From contig OZ244239.1 of assembly GCA_965217115.1 (NCBI GenBank), positions 800,001 through 864,000 on the forward strand: DNA of 64,000 nucleotides, given 5' to 3'. Both the position numbers and the translations under genes were made by a program. The notes under the pieces are model-generated. The model was given only the letters and a program-made list of their open reading frames with translations, searched no databases and had not been told where the DNA came from. Position 1 is the stretch's first letter; the number at the start of each line of letters is the position of its first letter. The stretch comes from Bdellovibrionales bacterium (lineage in GTDB: Bacteria; Bdellovibrionota; Bdellovibrionia; Bdellovibrionales; CAYMLA01). This document shows, in pieces, positions 9,179 through 16,921 of the stretch.

Positions 9179-9976
9179 CTATGTTTTTAGATGTTCTCCT
9201 TTTTTAGTATCATATATACAACACTCGCTTTTGTGTTCACTACATATCTTATATCGTTTTTCTTTATGACCTAATAATAACTTCTTGAGAGAATCACCAT
9301 TATAGGTGGGATTAAATAACGTTACAAACTGATTCCATGGCTTATTATCTTCATGGGTGATCCCCTGTACAATTTTTTCTATCTCAGTATCGCTAAAAAT
9401 AGAAATTTTTGTAATCATCTCGTTGAAGCGTTCTGTAACGGCATCATAATTATGACAATTGCCGTAATTATCCTTATTACAGAAATTCGTAATTACTTGT
9501 TGTCTTTCTTGATATTTCTCAAAAATAGACGCCTTCTTTCCTTTATCTGAAATTAGCTTGATGAGTTGCTCTTCTTTCCCTTTGTTTTTTTTATCTTTGA
9601 TAGCTTGTTCAATGCTGCCGAAACCTTCTGGGTCTGTTTCATCAGCACTATAATACAATATGGGAACTCCTTTACCCAAGGCAAAACCAACTTCCTGATT
9701 AGTATATATGCCCCCATAGAAATTACTTGTGAGATACGCAATGAATATATCCATCGTTCCAAGAGACTTAAGAATTTTATCCCTCCATATTTCTGTTGGT
9801 TTAATATTTTCATGTGCTACAAATGTTGAAACGTTTAAAGTATCTAACTGATGGGCAAGTTGAATAACACCACCTCTGTCGCCATCTCGATGTGATATAA
9901 ACACCTTTAGCTCAATCTGTTTATCACCCCAAATATCACTAACATCCTCAGGCTCTATTAATATCACTCTATGCAC
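9179..9976 (-). CDS. TIR-domain protein
   Basis: KVFISH...TFVAHENIKPTEIWRDKILKSLGTMDIFIAYLTSNF...YTNQEVGFALGKGVPIL: bacterial TIR signature with the catalytic Glu position intact. Confidence 0.88.
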   Translation of the reverse strand: MHRVILIEPEDVSDIWGDKQIELKVFISHRDGDRGGVIQLAHQLDTLNVSTFVAHENIKPTEIWRDKILKSLGTMDIFIAYLTSNFYGGIYTNQEVGFALGKGVPILYYSADETDPEGFGSIEQAIKDKKNKGKEEQLIKLISDKGKKASIFEKYQERQQVITNFCNKDNYGNCHNYDAVTERFNEMITKISIFSDTEIEKIVQGITHEDNKPWNQFVTLFNPTYNGDSLKKLLLGHKEKRYKICSEHKSECCIYDTKKGEHLKT

Positions 9977-10401
9977 TCCTAAATTTTGAATAATATGTTT
10001 TATGGCTTGAAGACTAGAATCATTGACTCCATACTCATTTAACTATACTAATTGTATAAGTTCTTCAAGAATTTTTTTAACTAAACGATTATCTTCTATA
10101 CTTATAAAAGTTCTAAATTTTTCACTCCTTAGCATAGAAGCCTCTGAACCATATTTTTTATCAAAATAAAAAAAGTCTAATATGGTTTTTTATTAATTAA
10201 ATTAAGAGAATTCAAAAAAAACACCTCACTTAAAAATGGTTATAATAATGTTTTTGGAAAAACCTTTACTCCTTTTATTCTACACTCCTCAATGATATCA
10301 GTATCTTCATAATTACTGATCACGAGCACGCAATGGTCTGACGAACCTGAAGTTTTACTACCAATACATAAGCTCCACTCAGACCGCAAGTAATTCAAGA
10401 T

Positions 10402-10737
10402 TTGACTGTAAAATTTTTGGAGCTGGAGATTCTCTCCTCTACCTCGGATATTGAGTTAAAGCCTATTATTGAGTTCGATAATACCAAGGCTGCTCTTAAT
10501 TGGTTTGAGAATACAGATACTCCAGTGGCTAATATTATTTTCTTTGCTGACAATGATCTTGGAGAAAGGCAAATGACAGGGCTAGAGCTGATTAAGAGAC
10601 TTGGGATTGGTGTCTTGAGTTATCTTGTGACTGACAGTTATTTTATTGACTGTGTATATAATGATTGTTTGGATAATGGGGTTAGACTTATTCCTAAGCA
10701 ATATATAAATGAATCTAAATTTACAGTTCTAGGCTGA
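10402..10737 (+). pseudogene. truncated receiver (REC)-like domain fragment
   Basis: FFADNDLG..MTGLELIKRL...LVT...IPK matches the C-terminal part of a receiver domain; the N-terminal acidic strand and a good start are missing. Confidence 0.55.
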
Positions 10738-10742
10738 TGTAA

Positions 10743-12461
10743 ATGAAAATTGACGAAATCAGGATAAAAAATTTTAGATCAATAAAAGATGTCAAAATAT
10801 CTATTAAAGACTATACAGCCTTAGTTGGTAAAAATAATGTTGGTAAATCAAACATCCTAAGAGCTTTAAATTCTTTCTTTAATTTTGAATTAGAAAAAGA
10901 CTCTTTTCTTAGAGGAGACCATTATTATTGCAACAAAACAACACCACGAATTGAAATTATTTTTGACAGTGAAGAAAGAACATCCATTCTTCAGAGTATT
11001 ACTACTAATAATAAAATTACAATATCCTTTAAATTCTTACGTAAATATAAAGAGGCTGAATATCTATATAAGAAAGGGAAACAATTTGAGGACTTACTTG
11101 GACAGAAAAAAGTTGCCTTCTTCGAAGCATTTCACTTTGTTTTAATTCCTACTCCTAGAGACCACCAAAAAATTCACGAATTAGAAAATGGCATATTAAA
11201 GAAAATTATTTTAAAAGTTTTACAAAAAAAACAAAAGAATAACTTAAAAAAGCATAGTGACGAGATCAAAAATAAATTTAGACAAATATTTCATGACGTA
11301 GAATCTTTCATTAAATCAAGTTCTTTAATGAATTTAAATTCTAAATTAGATTTTTATAATAACGTAAATATTAGAGATTTTTTATCAGATCAAATAAAGG
11401 TTAATATTGTAGAAAAAGGGAAGACCTTATTACCTAAGGACTGTGGAACAGGAATTCAAAGCCTTTTGTTAATAACGCTTTATAAATACCATGCTGATCT
11501 AAGTGACTCTAATTATTTAATGGCTATTGAGGAGCCTGAAGTAAATTTACACCCACAAGCTCAATTAAATTTGATGACTAATTTAAGATCTCTAATAGAG
11601 GGTAAATGTATACAAATAATTGTTACTACCCATTCACCTCATATTATTGATTCTCTAGAGCATACAAACATTACTTTGTGTCAAAAGTCAAAAAAATCAC
11701 AGAAAATCACAACTGAATGTTATCAACTAGGCTCTGACTATTGGGAGAGAAATAAGCTAATACGAATCAAAAATGATAGTTTTTTTAAGTATAAAAATAG
11801 CGATTTTTTCTTTGCTGACAGAGTTATAGTTTGCGAAGGAATATCTGACTCTGAGGTACTAAAATTTTTAGCAAATCAATCTGGACTAAATCTTTCACTA
11901 AAGGGAATTACAATTTTAACTCTCGGTGGAAAGAATAATTTAAACTATCCACTTTCTCTTGTAAAAGAACTAAAAATCCCATATCTAATCATATTGGATA
12001 AAGATTTTTTTCTTCCTTACAGAGACGAAAATAAATTACAGAAAAGTAGAAATAAAAAGTTTTTCCCTTTGTATGCTCCTGAATTTCACAAAAATAAACT
12101 ATTTCTTATTAAGAAATTAATACCTAATCTTCAGGACAGAGAAAAACTTAAAAAGCTTCTCATATCTAATCACAGTCAAGCCATGACTTTATTACAGAGA
12201 TATTCTATCGTATCGTTTAAATGGAGCCTTGAAGTGGATTTAGTTAATTCCTCTTCTGCTCGGAAAGAGTATCTAGCGCAGTTTAAAATTAAAGATGGCA
12301 CTAACGAATATGAAGAACTTTTAGAAAAAAGGCTCTCTTCTAATAAGGATTGTGAAAAAACAATCTCCGTAATTAAAAAAATTGAGCACTCTAATCTACC
12401 AAATAGCTACAAGAGAATAAAAAAGATTTTCTCACAATACAAAAAATATAATAATTATTAA
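10743..12461 (+). CDS. OLD-family ATP-dependent nuclease (ABC-type ATPase + TOPRIM)
   Basis: IKNFRSI, Walker A GKNNVGKS, signature CGTGIQS, Walker B AIEEPE, TTHSP H-loop, TOPRIM CEGISD and LDKD. Confidence 0.9.
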   Translation: MKIDEIRIKNFRSIKDVKISIKDYTALVGKNNVGKSNILRALNSFFNFELEKDSFLRGDHYYCNKTTPRIEIIFDSEERTSILQSITTNNKITISFKFLRKYKEAEYLYKKGKQFEDLLGQKKVAFFEAFHFVLIPTPRDHQKIHELENGILKKIILKVLQKKQKNNLKKHSDEIKNKFRQIFHDVESFIKSSSLMNLNSKLDFYNNVNIRDFLSDQIKVNIVEKGKTLLPKDCGTGIQSLLLITLYKYHADLSDSNYLMAIEEPEVNLHPQAQLNLMTNLRSLIEGKCIQIIVTTHSPHIIDSLEHTNITLCQKSKKSQKITTECYQLGSDYWERNKLIRIKNDSFFKYKNSDFFFADRVIVCEGISDSEVLKFLANQSGLNLSLKGITILTLGGKNNLNYPLSLVKELKIPYLIILDKDFFLPYRDENKLQKSRNKKFFPLYAPEFHKNKLFLIKKLIPNLQDREKLKKLLISNHSQAMTLLQRYSIVSFKWSLEVDLVNSSSARKEYLAQFKIKDGTNEYEELLEKRLSSNKDCEKTISVIKKIEHSNLPNSYKRIKKIFSQYKKYNNY

Positions 12462-12741
12462 AAAACTTCTGTTCTGCCACTGAAACACCGCCAATTCATG
12501 GGACAAAATCTTTTCAATCATTATAAATACTTAGAAAAACCGTCGTTTCACTCATGGGACGATTCCCCTCTCTAAAATACACAACCATTTAAAAAGCCTC
12601 AATGATTTCAAGTGTCCGACTTTTGGCATTGCTTTAGCGATAGTCAGTCATTGTTAGGGACTTGTCACAGAAGAAAAATGGTTCTAAAAACCCCTGTGAA
12701 TATCCCATAAACTCGCCATCGTATGGGGCGAGGATTTAACT

Positions 12742-13069
12742 GGTTCTTTGTGATAAATAGTGGAACTGTTCCCAAGAGACCCATCTTGAGGGCTCTCTTT
12801 CTAAAACTATCCATGGATAACAGCGTTGTTATACATGGAGGTCAGTCATAGAAAGAGATCCATTGACCCATTGATTGAATACGTCCTTTTTTTCTAGAGT
12901 CTCTCCCAAAAGAATCCAGTTCTTTTCGGCGAGTTCGGCTTGGCGACTTCCATTGCACTTTTCTGCAATGGAAGGTGACAAACGGATGTTTGAGCAAGAA
13001 AAGGGCTGAATTCTTTTGGGAGAGACTCTAGAAAAAAACAGGCTCCACTATTATTTATCATAAAGAATC
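12742..13069 (-). mobile_element. MITE-like element copy 2 (328 bp, inverted)
   Basis: GGTTCTTTGTGATAAATAGTGG ... CCACTATTATTTATCATAAAGAATC; 8-bp direct repeat ATTTAACT at 12734-12741 and 13070-13077. Confidence 0.9.
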
Positions 13070-13101
13070 ATTTAACTCTGGAGGCGAGGGGATTTTAAAT
13101 C

Positions 13102-13188
13102 TGGTGCCTCGGGCGAGAATCGAACTCGCACTCTCGTGAAAGAACTGGATTTTGAATCCAGCGCGTCTACCAATTCCGCCACCGAGGC
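13102..13188 (-). tRNA. tRNA-Leu(CAA)
   Basis: GCCTCGGTGGCGGAATTGGTAGACGCG CTGGA-TTCAAAA-TCCAG, long variable arm, GTTCGA, CCA. Confidence 0.96.
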
Positions 13189-13203
13189 ATCTCTGTGGAT
13201 GCA

Positions 13204-15885
13204 TTATTTCTTTTTCTTTACAGTCTTTTTCTTTACAGTCTTTTTCTTTACAGTTTTCTTCTTTACGGTTTTCTTCTTTACAGCTTTTTTCTTTACAGTT
13301 TTTTTCTTTACGGCTTTTTTCTTTGCAGCGCTTTTTTTGACGCCACCCTTTTCTTCCAACCATTTAACAGCCATTTCCAGTGTTGTCTCATCAGGAGTCA
13401 CTTTCTCCGGCAATGAAGCATTCACCTTGCCACATTTAACATAAGCTCCGTAGGGGCCGTTCATGATATTTACCAATTCATCATTGTCAGGATGCTTACC
13501 CAACTCCTTCAAGGGGGCCGCTCGACCACGGCCCTTTTTAGGTTGGGATAATTTCTCCATCGCATTCTCAAACGTTACCTCAAAAAGATTCTCATTTTTT
13601 GTAACAGAACGAAAGTCTCCATCATGAACAACAAAAGGGCCAAAACGGCCAATACCCACACGCACTGGCTTCCCCGTTTCAGGGTGGTCTCCCAAACTTC
13701 GCGGTAAATGCACCAAAAACTGGGCCTGCTCTGGTGTGATTTCATCCACATTCACACTCGGTGGAATCGCCGTTCTCTTTGGTTTAGCTCCGTCCCCCGC
13801 CGCTTCACCCAACTGCACATAGGGCCCATAACGACCACTGAGAACATAAATAGGTAAATTCGTTTCAGCGTCTTCACAAAAAGCATCGGCCCCATTTATT
13901 TTCTGCTCAATCCACTTGAGTGCCAATTCTGGTTTCACTTCTGCAGGGGGGTGAATATCTGGAATCGATGCACAAACTTCCTCACCCTCTATTTTTGTAC
14001 AAATGTAAGCACCATAGCGACCCACACGCACACTGAATTTTTCTAAGCCTGCCAATTTAATCTCCCGCGCTTCCACGGGATCAATTTTACTCTCCTGATT
14101 TTCAATCGTCGTCTTCAATCCGTCGTCACCAAAATAAATTTTATCAAGATATTTCTTAGATTCTAACTTTCCTGTAGCGACTTCATCTAGTGCTTCTTCC
14201 ATACTCGAAGTGAATTTCAAATCTACATAACGACTCAAGTAATCTGTCATTAATTTACTCACAACAAGGGCCGTGAACGTAGGAACTAAAGCGTTCCCCG
14301 TCTTACGCACATACCCTCGATCCATAACCGTACCAATAATACTCGCGTAAGTTGAAGGGCGACCTATGCCCTCCTTCTCCATCGTTTGAACCAAACTCGC
14401 TTCTGTGTATCGAGCGGGCGGTTTGGTCTCATGCTCCTTGCTCTCGGTTTTTTTGCAATCAATCACATCTCTCTTTTTTAACTGAGGTAAACGAACTTCT
14501 CGATTCTGCAAACCCGCCTCTGGATCATCATGACCCTCAACATAAGCTCGCAAAAAACCAGGGAATTCAATGGTCATACCCGAGGATGCAAAAACCGCTT
14601 TCTCCACCTGAATGCGAACACTCACCTGCTTCTGTCTGGCATCAGCCATTTGACTGGCCACTGTTCTCTTCCATATCAAATCATAAAGTTTAAACTGCAT
14701 CCCATCTAGACCTGTCTCATCTGGAGAAACAAAATTTTCCCCCGCTGGACGAATGGCTTCATGGGCCTCTTGAGCCCCCTTGGCCTTCTTCTTGTGATAA
14801 GTTCTCGGCTCACTAGGTAAATAATCTTTGCCATATTTTTTCTCAATACAATATCTTGCCGCAGTTATGGCCTGAGTGGAAAGAAACGTCGAATCCGTTC
14901 TCATGTAAGTGATCAAACCATTTTCATAAAGCTTCTGAGCCGCACGCATAGTGTCGCGAGACCCTAAACCTAATTTCCTATTGGCCTCCTGTTGCAAAGT
15001 CGACGTAATAAATGGAGCCATTGGCCGCCTCGTCACAGGTTTCTCTTCCACAGACGTCACTAACCAATCTTGAGTTTTAACATCACTTTCAATTTTTTTT
15101 ACTTTACTGCCGTCTAATAAGAGAACGTCTTTACCTTTAAGCAACTGCCCTGTGGTCCCATCAAAATCCTTACCCACAGCTATTTTCTTATCCTGATAAC
15201 TCATTAAACGACTTTCAAAATTAATACCGCTTTTTTCTAATTGAGCCGTTAGCCCCCAGTACTTAGATCTCTTAAAACGAATGCGTTCATGCTCTTTTTC
15301 AGAAATCAAACAAACTGCCACCGATTGCACTCGCCCCGCCGACAAACCATAGGCCACCTTCTTCCATATCAACGGTGACAAAGTATAACCCACAAGGCGA
15401 TCCAAGACACGGCGAGCTTCCTGCGCGCGAACAAGATTCAAATCAATCTCACGGCCATGACTCAAAGCATGCTCGATAGCCTCCTTAGTGATCTCATGGA
15501 ACACCATCCTCTTAACTGGCACTTTAGGCTTAAGGACCTCAAGCAAATGCCAGCTAATACTCTCTCCCTCTCTATCATCATCGGTCGCGAGAATCAGTTC
15601 ATCTGCTTGCGATAGTTTTTCCCTTAAAACTTTAACAATTTTCGCCTTATTTTTGGGGATACAATAGATAGGTTCAAATTCCTTCTCCACATTAACACCC
15701 AGTGTGGCCCATTTCTCTTTTTTGTATTTTACAGGAATGTCCTTAGCTGATTGTGGGAGGTCCCGCACGTGACCCATACAAGAGTCCACAACAAAGTTCT
15801 TGCTTCCCAAGAATTTGCGAATCGTTTTTGCCTTTGTCGGGGATTCGACAATAACAAATGTTTTTCCACCTAGTGCTTTAGCCAT
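13204..15885 (-). CDS. topA: DNA topoisomerase I
   Basis: VIVESPTKAKTI, ATDDDREGE, SAGRVQS, LITYMRTDS, AQEAHEAIRP; C-terminal GRYGPY repeats and Lys-rich tail. Confidence 0.97.
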   Translation of the reverse strand: MAKALGGKTFVIVESPTKAKTIRKFLGSKNFVVDSCMGHVRDLPQSAKDIPVKYKKEKWATLGVNVEKEFEPIYCIPKNKAKIVKVLREKLSQADELILATDDDREGESISWHLLEVLKPKVPVKRMVFHEITKEAIEHALSHGREIDLNLVRAQEARRVLDRLVGYTLSPLIWKKVAYGLSAGRVQSVAVCLISEKEHERIRFKRSKYWGLTAQLEKSGINFESRLMSYQDKKIAVGKDFDGTTGQLLKGKDVLLLDGSKVKKIESDVKTQDWLVTSVEEKPVTRRPMAPFITSTLQQEANRKLGLGSRDTMRAAQKLYENGLITYMRTDSTFLSTQAITAARYCIEKKYGKDYLPSEPRTYHKKKAKGAQEAHEAIRPAGENFVSPDETGLDGMQFKLYDLIWKRTVASQMADARQKQVSVRIQVEKAVFASSGMTIEFPGFLRAYVEGHDDPEAGLQNREVRLPQLKKRDVIDCKKTESKEHETKPPARYTEASLVQTMEKEGIGRPSTYASIIGTVMDRGYVRKTGNALVPTFTALVVSKLMTDYLSRYVDLKFTSSMEEALDEVATGKLESKKYLDKIYFGDDGLKTTIENQESKIDPVEAREIKLAGLEKFSVRVGRYGAYICTKIEGEEVCASIPDIHPPAEVKPELALKWIEQKINGADAFCEDAETNLPIYVLSGRYGPYVQLGEAAGDGAKPKRTAIPPSVNVDEITPEQAQFLVHLPRSLGDHPETGKPVRVGIGRFGPFVVHDGDFRSVTKNENLFEVTFENAMEKLSQPKKGRGRAAPLKELGKHPDNDELVNIMNGPYGAYVKCGKVNASLPEKVTPDETTLEMAVKWLEEKGGVKKSAAKKKAVKKKTVKKKAVKKKTVKKKTVKKKTVKKKTVKKKK
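13207..13338 (-). repeat. 15-bp tandem repeat encoding KKK(T/A)V in the topA tail
   Basis: About seven units of TTTACAGTCTTTTTC-like 15-mers. Confidence 0.9.
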
Positions 15886-16097
15886 ATAAAATTCCTATAG
15901 AGTTCGTCGCTATTTCATATTTGAAACTTAAGAGGACTCAAATCAAGGTCCCGTTATAACTCGTTGCGCAATTTCTGCTGCCTTTGCATTTGTCTCTTCC
16001 GGTGTTATTTTTCATACAGCATCTTATACTTATCTCATTTGATTTTTCAAGCTTTCTAAGTTAATCCCGTTATAACAATAAGACTTGGTGGATTATT

Positions 16098-16868
16098 TTG
16101 TCACAAGAAAAAATAAGCTTTATCCTAACAGACATTGACGACACCCTCACTGACGATGGGCAACTCGGCCCTGAGGCCTACAGTGCCCTATGGGCTTTGC
16201 AAAAAAACTGTATTAAAGTCATACCTATCACAGGACGACCCGCTGGTTGGTGCGAAATGATCGCTCGCATCTGGCCCGTCGATGCTGTTGTCGGAGAAAA
16301 TGGTGCTTTCTATTTTCGTTACAATCAAGAAACTAAAAAAATGACTCGCTATTTCGCCATCGATGAAGAGACAAGAACTCAATATCAAAAAAAGCTTCAA
16401 ACTCTTAAAAAAGAGATTCTCACAGAAATCCCAAAAGCTGCTATCGCCTCTGATCAATTCTGTCGTCTTTTTGATCTAGCCATTGATTTCTGTGAAGATA
16501 TTCCATCCCTATCTGAGCAAGAGATTCACCGTATTATAGAAATATTTAAAAACCATAAAGCTCAGGTTAAAGTGAGCTCTATTCATCTTAATGGTTGGTT
16601 TGGAGATTATAATAAACTCACCACAACTCTCAAATTATTAGAGCAAGAGTTCTCTATCTCCTCAGAAGATGCAAAAAAGAACTGCGCCTTTACTGGCGAT
16701 TCTCCAAACGATGAGCCTATGTTTGAGTTTTTTCCCCACTCCTACGCCGTCGCCAATATTCGACAATTTCTTCCACAAATAAAACATCCACCAAAGCATA
16801 TCAGTCAAAACAACGGTGGCCTAGGCTTTGTTGAAATCATGGAAGATATGTTTAGTTTTCTCCGGTAA
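16098..16868 (+). CDS. HAD-superfamily (IIB-like) hydrolase
   Basis: DIDDTLT, TGRP, GDSPNDEPMF motifs. Confidence 0.88.
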   Translation: MSQEKISFILTDIDDTLTDDGQLGPEAYSALWALQKNCIKVIPITGRPAGWCEMIARIWPVDAVVGENGAFYFRYNQETKKMTRYFAIDEETRTQYQKKLQTLKKEILTEIPKAAIASDQFCRLFDLAIDFCEDIPSLSEQEIHRIIEIFKNHKAQVKVSSIHLNGWFGDYNKLTTTLKLLEQEFSISSEDAKKNCAFTGDSPNDEPMFEFFPHSYAVANIRQFLPQIKHPPKHISQNNGGLGFVEIMEDMFSFLR

Positions 16869-16921
16869 TGCCCTGAATAACCTGCCCCTAAAGGGGTTTA
16901 CACCTAAAATCGAGGGCTTCT

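Larger units (their letters stand above)
8965..13101. mobile_element. AT-rich genomic island between tRNA-Leu repeats
   Basis: Flanking ~130-bp direct repeats, visibly lower GC, defence-type cargo; no integrase seen. Confidence 0.7.

Noticed and set aside
9199..9206. Programmed -1 frameshift at the A6G run near the TIR end
   Set aside because: Codon phase is ACT AAA AAA GGA, not the A AAA AAG slippery phase
9179..9976. Thoeris or CBASS call for the TIR gene
   Set aside because: No SIR2/Macro/SLOG effector or nucleotide cyclase nearby
1..12461. Gabija (OLD + UvrD)
   Set aside because: The helicase is ~9 kb away, on the other strand, outside the island, and looks like a housekeeping UvrD/Rep
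13058..13444. Low-complexity ORFs and a possible CRISPR-like array
   Set aside because: Alternative frames of the topA 15-bp tandem repeat and tRNA; no spacers, no cas genes
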